This document shows positions 36,020 through 49,639 of a stretch of DNA of 64,000 nucleotides, piece by piece; position 1 is the stretch's first letter; every line of letters begins with the position of its first letter. The stretch is taken from the NCBI GenBank assembly GCA_030704615.1, contig CM060731.1:806001-870000 (forward strand). Direction: 5' to 3'. The notes under the pieces are model-generated. The model was given only the letters and a program-made list of their open reading frames with translations. It was not told the origin of the DNA and did no database searches. A program made the position numbers and the translations under genes. Source of the stretch: Takakia lepidozioides (Eukaryota > Plantae > Bryophyta).

Positions 36020-39000
36020 ATGAATGTGAGGACACCGTTGAGAGCGAGGGTGCAATCCCCAGGGCTTCATCTGCTAACCCCCAATGACGATGACCTAGAG
36101 CGAGAGCAAGTACGGATGGCACGAGCTGCAGTGCTGCGCCGGAAATCGGGTGTAGCTGCCGATACTCTGGCTGCCAGTTCATTGCAGCCATCTGTGTCAC
36201 AAGAAGAAAGCCAGTTGCTCAGTACTGATCACCTCAGGGAGCTTCTCAGTAACTGCATGAAGCTTGCTGCGGCGAATGTATGCTCTTTTTCCTCTCTCAT
36301 TTCATTTCATTTCATTCCCTTTCCATCCCGTTTCTGTTATGCACATGATATGTTCATTACTTATTGCGTGGAGTTCTCTAATTTTCGGGAGAGGTTTGTA
36401 AGCTCAACCAGCATACATAAATTTCATTGGCTCTTATTGAAAATCCAGCCTGCCCTTACTGTGATTGTTTATTGCAACATGTTGATGAGAACACATGCTC
36501 ACCGATAAAGCGGATTCCAGCATTAGTTGCTGCTAAGTGATTTTTTGCAAATCAGTGCTCAATTTTTTTCCGCTGTCTGACAGTAGTGAACATGGAGAAT
36601 CTTCCTTTGACTGACTTTTTAGAGGCAAAGAAATGAATGAAAAGGGGGTTGAGAGAGAATTGTAATCAACGGTTCAATGACAAAGTGCTGGTGTTCTTGG
36701 GAGGTTTGCAGAAAATTACTCCACAGAATACGTGGGGTCTGAAGCTGATTGATCATCTTAGTGAACTTATCAATAGCAAGGACGACCAAACAAACTTCCA
36801 GCAGGTGTTTTCTCCTCTCCCTCCCAATTCTATATCTACTTTGGGAATACAGAATTAGTTATTCCCGAAATTGCTCTGGAATTAGTATCCAGTAAAGCAT
36901 ATAGTGGCATCCAATATCCGACGGAGACAGTCTCTCACTTCATCTCACAGGTGGAATGACAATACAAGTTGAGTTCCGACAACTGGGAGAGATGCCTTAA
37001 TCCTTTCTAGGGTGTATGAAGGTAGCTGCACATACTTTTTTGTAAGCTTCAGCACGGCAAGCGCAGTCCACCTGCCAAGTCTGGTTTTCGTTCCATAGAG
37101 ACCAAAACCAGCAGCAATGCCCATTCTGTTCCCCTCTCTTCCCTCGTCCTATCTGGAACCAAGCAAGTTATTAATCATAATGTTCGTCGTTTCACATATC
37201 TCCTACCTACGACCTTCATCTACTTATAGCAGCAGCTTCACTAAAAGATTCAGAGTAAAGGTTACTCCCAACCCCATGAGTAGTATTAGTAAATTGTGGC
37301 AGTGTTATCATTCCAACACAGGGGAGAGGTAACTGTAAGCACTCGATAGATTTTGCGTAAGTCAAAGTATTTGTACCTCAAAAGCACCAGCATATTCTTT
37401 TTCCCTCCACAGCAGTTTATTTCAGGGCACAAATGAGAACAGTCTTGTTACTATGGGTCTGTATGAAGGGGTCTAGAAGTTACCTCTAATGATAGAGCTG
37501 GTTAACTATGTAGGCGAGCTGTACTCTGGAAGCAGGTGTCAAGATCTATTCCACCAGGGTTGACTCAGTCCATTCACAGACTTACAAAGTGCTTGGGGGC
37601 CTGAACCGCACAGCTTGGGATGACAAAAGACACGATGGTAAACACACTCTCTAGATGTTTTGTTCTACAAGGTCCCATCTGCCATGCCAATGGTGAATCC
37701 AGATTTTAGAGTAATGACAGTATTGGTTGTCATCACATAGAATCGCCCACTATTTCATCGTGTAGGCAGGTATAATATCCAACTGGGAAGAAAAAAAGTC
37801 GTTATGGAGTCTGATGATGCGACATTTGAACAACATACTCTCTATAAAGCACCATTTCATTTCATTTCATTCCTCCTGCTCAAGTGTGAGAAGATGTGTT
37901 AAGTAGTATGGTCTCAAGTTGAGTTGATCAATCTCAGTGCTGAGACTTTGTTACAGGCAAGTTTGTAATGCTTATGTTTTGCTTACAGTCCCAGATGAGG
38001 ATGGGGAGGATGGGGAAGGTGGGGAAATTGGTGAACACAACCCCAAAGACCGTCAAAAGGATTCTCTCAAGAAGGTATGTCTGGAAGGGTGAGAGTACCC
38101 AGGACAATGAATCAGAAAGTGGACATTGTTTTCAGGTTGCCCACGCAACGGACATTTGCAATCCCCCTTTCCTCTCTGCGTCTTTTGCTGTTGAAAGGTA
38201 GGCTTCCCGCCCTGAGCTTAAATTTCAGTCTCGTACGGAGAGTGGGTAAACCCTTGAGGTCATCCATGATGGCCTCACCCATGTCACAGACTGGAAACAA
38301 GTTCAGGGAAATTTTCTGCTGAACTTCATTTTCATCAGACAATTTCCTGGCAAGAGACATGCTTTGGGCACTAGAGTCAGATTTATCCAGGAGGGTCAAG
38401 ACTTGCGGACTTAGATTCAGATCCTTGAAAATCTCTTCTACCCTCTTCCACCAGGACATAGCCTGTTTGACTTCCAAGATATAGAGTCGATTAACTTCCG
38501 ATATCTGATATTAGTCATATGTTGCAGCATCTGACCTTGAATTCGTTTCGTCAGAAGCTTTAGGGAGGAATGCCAAACTCACCCTGAACAGCCACATGAG
38601 CTGTTTTGGAGCATGCTGACATGCACTCCTTGAGCACCCCCACTTGAATGGATTCTAGAGACTTAGCCTGGTTGGAGTTATCAACCCACACTGCAGATGT
38701 GTACTCGAAGGCAGGCCTAATAACGCAGCAAAGCATGATTTTTCTTACTTCAGAGTTGATCTCTCTGCAGTGGCAAAATTTAGTGAGACCCAATGCTTTG
38801 GGCTTGCCAGATTGAACAACTTTTTGAGTATGTGCATCCCAATTGCAGTTAGAGGAAAACTCAATGCCAAGGTATGTGTACAAAGGGAGGACAGGAATCT
38901 CTTGGTTTCCCCACTACCACTTGAGATCACATCCTCCCTCCCCTCAGTTGTTGAATGCCACCACTCCGCATTTACTGACGTTAGCCCCCAGAGGTCATGG

Positions 39001-42000
39001 TATCTCTTCGCGCAATCAATCACCTCCTGAAGATTGGATGGAATCTCCCCTATGCCTGTGAAGTCATCCGCAAACACAAGGACTGGTATGGTTGCATCAC
39101 CCACCCTTAATGCAAATCCCACACTTTCCACATCCTTGAGTAGTTGATTGATGAAAACATTGAAGAGCAGAGGGGAGAGGGTACATCCTTGAGCTACAAT
39201 GAAGTTAGACTTTTGTCCATTAACAAAGACACAGCTTTTGGTTTGAGCATACAAGGTATGGACCAGTCTCCACATCTTTCCCTATCCCAGATGACCAGAG
39301 TTGGAACCATAGGCCATCTCTCCACAATGTGATATGAGCCTTCTTAACATCCAAGTAAAAGACAAAAGTGAGTTTCCCTCTCCTTCTCCTTCCCTGGAGA
39401 ATCTGGCTTAGAGTGAAGATATGATCCACACAGCCTCTGTTTCTCCAAAAGCCAGCTTGGCCTTCATGGAAACAACCTCTAGACTCCAGATCAACCTTGA
39501 GATGAGTACTTATAACACTGCAAAATATCTTGCCAACGGCAATGAGAAGCGTGATGCCTCATTAGTTCCCTGGCTCTCCTCTGTCACCTTTCTTGTGTAG
39601 ATTGACAATAACCCCCTGTCGCCAGCAAAAGGGATCAATTCAGTCCTCCAGATAAGGTTAAAGAGAAGTACTAGGGCCTCTATCATGGGGTGGCTACCAT
39701 GCTTGATAAGCTCTTTGACTTGCCATGACGTCCCCTACCTTTATATCCGTTTAAATGCTCAATTGCTTCCACAATCTGAGAAGAACTAATGGGAGCATTG
39801 TAACCCATTGAAATATACTCCAGTTCATCAAGGCTGTCTTGAATCATAGAAACAGTTTTGTCTACTAAGGGTGCAGTGGTGCCTTCAATGGTTGACATTG
39901 TCAAAACCTGTGAAACTCACTATATACCCTTGGCAGAGATTCTAGGTCTAACAGTGAGGGCTTTTCTGAAGAATGGAAGGACTGTACTTGCTGACAATTT
40001 TTCGGTTTGTACAGACGTTGAAGGGAAACCAGAATCTTTTGTCATTACCACCATGGTGATTTAGTTTATTGCAATGCGTAACTTGTCCCAATATAATTTA
40101 TTCTGAGACCTTACGAGCTGATTGATATCTTTGCAGATCTTGTAGTACCTAGCCCACAATTCTTTGTTGACCTTACATAATGCAGCTCGTCCAAAAACTA
40201 CACTGCTCGCCTCCTGCGACAAGATATAATTGAGGAATGCTAGTGTAAAAGGCTTTCAGAGGACTGATCTCTTGGCTATCTTGAGTTTGATCTCATTGGT
40301 CCACCAATCAACAGCTCTACCACAGACAATTAGATTCCTCCCAATGATCTTGTCAGCCACAGAGAAGACAAAACTCTCCCAAGAATCCACAGCTCTTTTT
40401 ACTTCATTTCTTGCATTGCTAGAGCGAGACTGAAGATCTTGGAGCGACTGGACAAAGTGAGGGAGGGCCTGGCCATACTCAGCCTGGACATACTCAGCCT
40501 TGACCTCTTCATTTTGGTTATTTTCTTGGATGTGATGTCCACCTCTTCTGGGTTCACTGGTAATAGTGAAGCAATAGAGAGTCCATGGCATTCAAAAAAG
40601 GTATCCACACGAGCATACCAGGATTGTTTGAAACCTGCAATTTTGAGTCTAATAGATGTCGCAAGGGCCCTGGCCACAAGCCCCTTGCGAGGAAGGGCTT
40701 GTAACCTATGCAGGAAAATTGTAAGCCGAAGAGGGCCTCAGTTTGAAGTGGCACGCAGGCGAATTCTGCATTCAGTATGTGTGATGGCGTTGTGCCTCTG
40801 GCGCCAAGCATTGCTTGGAGGAAAGATGACTGCAATGGTTCCAGATTCTTTTCCCACCAGGAAACTGGGACCGCAGGTGCCCAGAATTCACAACCAAAAG
40901 TGGCATTTGGGGTGACCATCCTATCAAACAGCCACTTCTTGGTCGGTGGATGGCGCAGATGTATCTGCTTGCATTTGGCCTGCAGGCGGATGGAGGCTGC
41001 CTTGTCTTTTGTCAATCTGTCCAGGGCAGTTGCTGCAAACTGGAATTTGGGGGAGTGGATAACCAGACCCAGATATCGATAGGATTTGAGTATCTCAACC
41101 TCCCGATTGTTGAGGAAGAATCTGCAGTCGGCCTGCCCATTGAAAACCATGATCTTGGTTTTTGTAAGGTTGACTTGCAGCCCATAGTCTTTGGAGAACT
41201 GTTCCAAGATGTGGAGATGGCGTTGTAGGAAGACAGGAGATTGTGCCAAAAGGGCAACATCATCCGTGTAGAGGAGATCTGATTGTGTTGGTCCTCCATC
41301 CAATGGCACACCAACTCCATGGTTTTTTGAGATGTAGACTTCCAAGGCGTCAATGTAGATTCCGAATAGGGTAGGTGAGAGGGGGCAGCCCTGTTTGACC
41401 CCAATGTTGCTATGGACCTCAGCTGAGAATTCCGCTGTGACATTGACCATGCCAGTGACAAGCTCGTACATGGAGGAAATAGCATAGGGAATGTTTTGAG
41501 GGACTCCCACCCTATGGAGCCTTTGGAAAAGAAGGTTGCGTGGAACCAAATCAAAAGCATTGTGAAAGTCAACGGAGCAGACGTAAACCAGTTTTTTGTC
41601 AAAGCTAGCACTTTCCACCATAACCTGAAGAGTAAAAATGTGGTCAAGAGTGGATCTGTTGCGACGGAAACCAGCTTGTCCCTTAGCCCGTATGTGAGAG
41701 GATTCAGCCCAATCATCCAACTCCATGGGTACTACTGCCCCAAACAGCTTAGCCAATAACGATGACACCATAATTGTGCGATAGTTGGTCGGTGCGAGCC
41801 TGTCACCGCTCTTGAAGAGGGGGTGGATGATGCACTTTGTCCACTCTGTTGGAAAGACATGTTCCACTGCCTCATTGAAGAGGTAAGCTATAAACAGGGC
41901 CAAAGTGGGTGCTGCGTGCTTCATGAATTCACCCTGTAGCCCTGAAATATCCAATTCCCTGTCATTTTGCAGCTTCTTGATTGCCTTGCTGACGTTGGTC

Positions 42001-45000
42001 GTAGTAAATGAAATGAAATGAAATGAAATGGTGCTTTATAACGTCCGCGGAAAGCTCATAGAGCTTATGGGACAAAATGGAAGAAAACATGAGAGAGGAA
42101 CAAATCCAGAACCCAAGAATAAGAACTAATGTTCTAGCGATTGTCTAAGGGTGAAGGCCTTGTGCAGGTAGGCTGCCAAGCATTTTTTATCCTCATAGTG
42201 GAAGACATCAGTGAGAGATTGGGTTCCACTGAATAAACAGTGGAATCTCCCACGGATCTCGTAGTATAGAGGGCAGTAGAAGAAGTGTTCTTCAGTTTCA
42301 ATTTCCTGGCTGCACCCTATGCAAGCTGGCCATAGGCGGTCCTCCCGTTGCAGGTTTTCCCATCTGCCAGTCTGTATCCGTAGGTTGTGGGAACCCACCC
42401 TGAACCGCCCCAATGCCCTCAGGAGGGAAGGAGATAAGGATGCTGAAAGGTAATTTGGTCTCAAGATTCTATCATCTCGGAGCACCAAGAATGTCTCTCG
42501 ATAGAAGTGGAGCATTGTCGTGAGATTGGGTAGCTTCCAAGTTCATTGACATGTAATTCCGTAAGCTCTCTCCTAATGAGAACAGAGAGAATGAGACAGA
42601 ACCTACCTCTGTCAGGGACTGACGTTGGTAGTAAGACTTACCTCCATATAAAGAATTAATCCGGGTTTTCCAGATATCCTCTAGAAATCCCTTCACACAA
42701 GCATCAATCTGCTGTGTGTGATTTGCCCAAAAACTAGGCCTCAGGAGGGCCTGGGCTTTTGGCTCAGCCTCGAGACTTTCAAAGTTGGTAAACAGGGGTA
42801 CAGGCACAATTCCCTTAATAGATTTGAAGAGAGCGTCTCTTTGGTGAGAGAACCCCGGACAGTGTATCAGAAAATGAATACTGTCTTCAGATTGCCCACA
42901 CAACGGGCAATTGCACTCTCCCTTTCCTCTCTGCTTCTGTTTGCTGTTCAAAGGTAGGCTTCCTGCCCCGAGTTTAAATTTCAGTCTAGTGCCGAGAGTG
43001 GGTAGACCCTTGAGGTCATCCAAGATGTCCTCCCCCATGTCACAGACTGGAAACAAGTTCAGGGAAGTTTTCTGCCTAACTTCATTTTCATCAGACAATC
43101 TCATGGCAACAGACATGGCTGAGGACACTACAGCCTCTAAGTCAGATTTATCCAGCAGGGTCAAGACTTGCGGATCCAGGTCCAGGTAGGGAGGAAGGGA
43201 GGACCGGGATCTCTTGGCTACCCCACTGCCACTTAAGATCACTTCCTCCCTCTCCTCTGTCGTTGAATGCTACCACTGCACATTTGCTGACATTAGCCTC
43301 TAGCCCCCAAAGATCAAAGTATCTCTTCGCGCAATCAATCAACTCCTGGAGATTTGGAGTCTCCCCTATGCCTGCGAAGTCATCCGCAAACATAAGGGCT
43401 GGTATGGTGGTATCACCCACCCTTAACCCAAATCCCTCACTTTCCACATCCTCGAGGAGTTGATTGATGAAAACATTGAAGAGCAGAGGGGAGAGAGTAC
43501 ATCCTTGAGCTACACCTTGGTCTATGTCAAAGAAGTTGGACTTCTGTCCGTTAACAGTGACACAGCTTTTGGTGTGAGCATACAAGTTGTGGACAACTCT
43601 CCACATCTTTCCCTTGATCCCACAAGACCAGAGGCGGAACCATAGGCCATCTCTCCACACTGTGTCATAAACCTTTTTGACATCCAGGAAAAAGACATAA
43701 GTGGGTTTCCCTTCTTTTTTCCTTCCCTGGATAATCTGGCTTAGAGTGAAGATATGATCCACACCGCCCCTGTTTCGCCGAAAGCCAGCTTGGCCTTCGT
43801 GGAAACAACCTCTAGACTCCAGATCAACCTCGAGACGAGTACTTATAACTCTGCAGAATGTCTTGCCAACAGCATTGAGGAGCGTGATGCCACGTTAGTT
43901 CCCCAGTTCTTCTCTGTCACCCTTCTTGTATAGATTGACAATGACCCCCTGTCGCCAGCGAAAGGGGATCATTTCAGTCTTCCAGATAAGGTTAAAGAGG
44001 AGAACTAGGGCCTCTATCATGGGATCGCCACCGTGCTTGATAAGCTCGTTGACAATACCATCAGGTCCACCAGCTTTATATCCATTTAAATGTTCAATTG
44101 CTTCCACAATCTCAGAAGAACTAGGGGGTTTAAGAGAGAGAGAGAAATGAAATGAAATGGTGCTTTATAACGTCCGCGGAAAGCTCATAGAGCTTATGGG
44201 AGAAGGTCAAAGTCAAAAGCAAGGACCTTGCACAAGGTCTCCTTTCTCCCGGAAAGGAGACAAAAACGACATTCTTGGAGCTTTCCACCGGCATTTTAAA
44301 TCCCTTGAGCAGTAGTTGCTTTTGGGAAACGAAATGAAATGAAATGGAACTGTACTTTATAACATCCGCAGAAAGCTCAAAGAGCTTATCGGACAAAAGG
44401 GAAAAACATGAAAGAAGAGAAATGAATGAAATGAAATGGTGCTTTATAACGTCAAAGAAAGGAAGTTCTTATGTGCACAACAGGCACAAAGGCCCGATGG
44501 GTCACACATAAAAGGACACAGAACCCCAGAGATTGAAGAAAAAATCAAAGCTCAAGCATTGCATGAGGTGGAGGGAGATGAACCTGATCTGGGGATATGG
44601 GTGATCTGTGTTCTTGCTTCATACAGACTGGGACACACACTAGTACATTGGAGGCATCATTGGAGACCCTAAATGTCAAAAAGTTTGATGGTGAGATTTC
44701 TCAAATGTTTACTTCTTCCTATGGATTTGCTCAAGCACACTCCCCTGGTCTCTCTGCACTTGGTTTTTTGGACCTGCTCGCACTGGCTTTTCTTATCTTC
44801 CCAAGTTTGTGATTGAAGTGTTTACTCTATGGCGTTCCCATTTTTCCTTGCAAACAGAAATGAAATGAAATGAAATGATGCTTTATAACCTCCGCGGAAA
44901 GCTCATAGAGCTTATGGGAAAAAATGGAAGAAAACATGAGAGAGGAACAAAACCAGAACCCAAGAATAAGAACTAATGTTCTAGCGATTGTCTAAGGGTG

Positions 45001-48000
45001 AAGGCCTTGTGCAGGTAGGCTGCCAAGCATTTTTGATCCTCATAGTGGAAGACTTCAGTGAGAGATTGGGTTCCACTGAATAAACAGTGGAATCTCCCAC
45101 GGATCTCGTAGTATAGAGGTAAACAGAAAGAAAATACAGAGATAGAGACAATGGAAAGAATTTGACAAATCCCTGATGGAAACTGAACTCACATTGATCT
45201 CAAATCAGAAATACAGCCTTTTCTATGGCTGGCTTCCTATGCAAGATGCTAAGCATTCCGATCTCTAACCTGGGATATTCCATCCAGAAGATCTTTCGGT
45301 TCTGCCTTGTATTGTTTTTAATGAGGCGTCTGTATTAGTTTGTTTGTGATATTCATCTAATGATGAGGGAAAACCCGTACATCTAGGTTTTTCCTCTTTA
45401 CCCTAGCATTAGCTCAATACGGAATCCCATGCATTATTATAGGGTTCCCAGAACTTCATACCTCAGGATTATTCCTGAATTGTGTCTAAGTGGGGTAAGA
45501 TGGAGGTCAGGTCCTGTGGAATTGAACCACATTACACCGGGACAGCTTGTGGCGCTGATTTGGCAATCCAAGGCTTTCTTTCACCCAGCCATACTTTCTT
45601 CTGATTAAAAGAATATAGCTTACTGGGGCTTATGTAGATACAATAGTATTAGAGTAGACTCTTCTTTATCAGTATCCTGAAGGTTGCTTGGTTATACTTC
45701 TTGGGAGGCTGCAGTGGCATTCACAGTGGACCCACTGTTTCACATAACATCAGCGCAATTTGATGAAGGGGGAGCGAAGGGCCTCCTCCTCAACAATTTG
45801 AGTGTTTACCAGGGCTGTGAAATCATCTTCGATTCCTGGGAGGTGCCTGAAATAAGCATGAAGGCTCAGGCAAAAAATGATGCTGAACGGGCTGCCTCCA
45901 TCGACTTGTCCTTCATGAAAGGTATGGGAGAAATGAAATGGTACTTAAGTGAAGAGACAGACCCTGGGGTGGCCCAGGGGACCCAAGGAGAAGAAAGTAG
46001 GCAAAACAAGTGTTGAAACAACTCGAAAACTACTGACTCACAAGACCATAGAAAGGAAGGAAAAGAAAGGGAGGTAAGTTTATAGTGGCCACAGAAAGCT
46101 CACAGAAAGGGAGTTGTAGTCATTGACCATACCCTTTGTCCTTTGGCTATGCTGTACAGACCCACTCCCAGTTTGTGGAGCCACAGCGCACAAAGTTATA
46201 GAATGCTCAACCAGAAAATGCAGTAGTGCTTGTGTCCACTCGGCTTACATATGCTCAACCAACCAACTCGTTAAGAGCCCACTGTTTCTTGACAGATTGC
46301 GTTGAACACATGATGGGCGCCATTTGCAAAGAGAAGGACATTTCACCTACTTTGAGAGAGATTGTTAAGATGTTGGATGATCCATATCGTATGGCTACAG
46401 AGGCTGAGGTTGCTGCCAAGCAGGCTGATTCCTTGGCTGGTAATGAAGAGAATCGAGGATCATGGGTAGATGGTGATGAGGGGGTTTCTGTGGAAGACAG
46501 TGATGACCTTGGGGAAGTTTTTGATTATGTCGATCCGAACACCCACGAGCAAGAAAATGTGTCTTCTGAGGGATTTGGGAGCATGACTGGCCTAAACAAT
46601 GATGTGGGATCTTGGAATGAGCAGACCTCGGGGCTAGAGGATGAGGAGGTATATGTGCTACAAGCATTCCTTATTACAAATGTCCAGCGGAATGATGCAA
46701 TTTTGCAACTTGCCAATTTATGTCCTCGGTGTTCTTCCTGTTGCCCCTTCCTCCTACCCCTCATTCTTAAACCTGGTCATTCTCATTGACATGTTTCTGC
46801 ATATCTCCCTCCTGATTTACTAATTTATCTGTTCTTCATTCATATCTATCATGTCCATAAAAAACTACAAGGCCTGAAGCTTTTGCAACTTTGTTTATTT
46901 TTGTGGTTCACGGCACAACAGGACTTGGATGATGGTGAAGTTGAGTGCCCTGATGGAATAAGTCAACAGGTTGAGTGGCTCACTGGAGGCATGGATATTT
47001 CATCCAAGTCCAATGCATGGGCTGGACCAGATCACTGGAAGTATAGAAAACCTAGAGGTAATCCAAGCAACTTCTTTTTTCGTTAGAGGGGCTATGCCAA
47101 TGATTCACTCTAAGTTTGTAGGGTGACTCAGCGGCAGATAGGGAAGCATATGTATCTGTTGTTGTCAATTCTTGTCGGCACTGTATTCACTGTGGTGTTA
47201 CGAACTTCTATCCCACAGCTACCTGCAATAACCTCAATGTACAGGTCCCCAATCAAAAGTAACCAACGAAGAAGATGGAGCGGCTGTGAAGCAAAGGAGG
47301 AAAAGCCGACAAGCTTTGGTGCTTGCCTTTGAGAAACCCCCCGAAATTGATCTGACTGAATTTGAGCCCCCTTCTGACCCTCAATCGACCCTCTTGAGGG
47401 GTGCGGGTGCTATTAAGAATACCCTCCTACCAGAGGACTGTCATTATGGGCCTCTTGACTTTCTGCACTATTTTCTCCGACCATCTGTTATGGTATTCCA
47501 CATCTCTCCCCACTTTCCTTGGTCCCATAAGCTCTTTGAGCTTGCCCTGGATATTGTAAAGTTTCTTCTTCTTTTTTTCTGTCTTTCTTTCAGAAATGCT
47601 TGGCAGCGTACCTGCATGAGGCACTCACCCTTATACAATCACTCGAACAATAGTTTTTATCTCTGGTTTTTGTTTCCTCTCATGTTTTCTTCCATTTTGT
47701 CCCATAAGCTCTATGAGCTTTCCGCGGACGTTATAAAGCACCATTTCATTTCATTTCCATTTCTTTCATTTCTTTCACGGAAAAGTCTTTAAGCTTTTTG
47801 TGGAGGTTCTAAAGTATCGTTTCAATCCTCATGTCACTTTAATGTTAGAAAGCAGGTGCACCTAGATATTTCCAATTCGCTCTTTCTCATTGGCTCTTCT
47901 TGTGTGGTGTTCATGTCTCACCTATTTATGTGTTTCTTTTAGTTTAAAAATCTCCTTTGGATGCTCATCAGGGTCAGATTTCACATACTTTTTGCTATGT

Positions 48001-49639
48001 AGCATGCATGTTTACTGTGATGATTCATGTTGTCGTCTATCGTGGGGACCAAGTTTTGCACATGGATTGATGCTAACGTTCCCAGCTTTCACACTGTTTT
48101 TCCAGTGCATCAGGAAGAGGGGAAGACGAAATCCAGGTAATACACACTGTCATTTGTGCCTGCAGCCACGTAGATGAATGATCAATATAAGTTCTTACTG
48201 GCACTTGAGAATGTTGGTAATTGTTCGCTTACATTCCATTATGGTCTGACATTGCCCCTTACCTCTGCAAATTGTGAGCCCTTATAGTTGCAAATTTCTC
48301 TTCCCCCTGTTGGACCTAGTGAGAGCAACAGAAGTGTTGCCACAGAACATCTTTTACACTGCAGACCCCACTGCACTTAATTCAGCTGCAGTTTCTTGAA
48401 ATGGCTCGGCAAGGTTCACCGAAGTCTATCTCAGTCAGTGACTATCCTAATGGACTTCTAGGGGTTTCTAGTAGTACCATCCCTTACCACTACTTGGTGT
48501 TGGCCTTCCAACCGTGTCCGGTGCAGGTTAGCTGCCCAATTTCCCAGAGAAAATTACATCACAGAGGTTACATCTGAATTATTCCTGGAAGACCACCCCC
48601 CACGCAAGGATAGGCCTTTCACGTAGTGAAACCAACAGCCTGGTAGTCTGACCCTCCAGTAAGCGAATTTGAATGTGTTTCACAGCCAGCGGATTCAGTA
48701 CTGTCTCACTTATTGACGTGTTATACAGATGGACCACGACAAAATGGAACCACATTTGAAGGTTTTGGTTATGACTCAGGAACTGGAGATAGAAATGGGG
48801 AGTCTGATGTCGGCTGGCCTGATGAAAATGGCCAGAGTGATGTGGATGACCCTTTTGTTGACGACCTTGTTGCAGAACCTCGCAAGGTACTTGTTTTGTG
48901 ACACAGCTGATCATCCAAGTGTTTGCATGGTAGATAGTCTCTTGTCTATCAAGTGCATTGCTGAGAGACGTGCGTACTCTGACCTGATCACCCATCCAAT
49001 GACAGGTGCAGAAAATTGATGTGAATTATGACAAAAGGTCAAAACAAGTGGACGTGCATGTGCTGAAAGAAGCTATCTGGGAGTGCCTTCAGGATGTCCA
49101 AATGGATGCTGACATGGTGTGCCTCTTCCTCACTTGCATCCCACAGAATGTTTCCATGTTTTCATTCTTTATTACTCACTGGGATGTATACTGTCACTTG
49201 GATGGACAAAAACACGTCAAATTCATAGAGGTGACAGCAAGATTGTCTTAGCTTGAATGGTGAGGCTAATCACACTACATCCTCCTGCTTTTAGTTGGTT
49301 TTCCTTCTAAAAGATAGACTCTGCAAATGATTACATTTTTACTCACTATGTGAATTCAGAACCAATTTTGAAACTGACCAGTCTTTAATATAATTGAACT
49401 GACAGGGAGAGCACTCTGAAGATGAGGAATTCGGTATTCCATTCCAAGGACTGCTCGATGTTCTTCTAGAGGACTGTCCAGCTGCTGCCCCCGAGGACAT
49501 CTCAGTGCCATTATGTTTCATATGCTTACTACACTTGGCAAATGAGCATAATATGTATATCAAGGGTTGCCCTACCCTGGATGACCTTCGTATTGTGCAA
49601 GTAGAGACACTTCGTGCAGGCTCCATAGAGTTGGGATGA
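36020..49639 (+). CDS. CAPH: Condensin complex subunit 2 (CAP-H / barren kleisin), 13 exons
   Basis: Exons 36020-36277, 36712-36804 (KITPQNTWGLKLID), ~37514-37637 (ASCTLEAGVKIYSTRVDSVH), ~37989-38074, ~44627-44690, ~45715-45921 (VDPLFHITSAQFDEGGAKGLLLNNL), ~46296-46648, ~46922-47057 (WAGPDHWK), ~47245-47492, ~48106-48136, ~48729-48886, ~49006-49116, ~49406-49639 (CFICLLHLANEH). Stop TGA at 49637-49639. Confidence 0.95.
38090..40530 (-). mobile_element. Degenerate LINE, family A copy 1 (RT domain)
   Basis: DHIFTL, YLDVKKA, AQGCTLSPLLF, FADD, YTYLG; frameshifted. Confidence 0.9.
40531..42005 (-). mobile_element. LINE family B, RT fragment
   Basis: 466-aa ORF: NYRTI, QAGFR..STLDHIF, VDFHNAFD, GVKQGCPLSPTLF, YTDD, YRYLG. 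Confidence 0.92.
42006..42560 (-). mobile_element. LINE family C 3' portion with C-terminal Cys/His motif and (CATTT)n tail
   Basis: RFRVGSHNLRIQTGRW...ETEEHFFYCPLY...stop, 3' stem-loop aagctc-tat-gagctt and tail. Confidence 0.9.
42575..44130 (-). mobile_element. LINE family A copy 2 (RT and C-terminal CCHC; internal deletion near 43190)
   Basis: GPDGI, GVAQGCTLSPLLF, FADD, CPLCGQSEDSIHFLIHC. Confidence 0.9.
44861..45120 (-). mobile_element. 5'-truncated family C LINE, 260 bp, with TSD
   Basis: TSD aaacagaaa at 44852-44860 and 45121-45129; near-identical to 42006-42270. Confidence 0.92.
47660..47770 (+). mobile_element. Family C LINE 3' end in a CAP-H intron (sense)
   Basis: cccataagctctatgagctttccgcggacgttataaagcaccatttcatttc. 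Confidence 0.85.
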
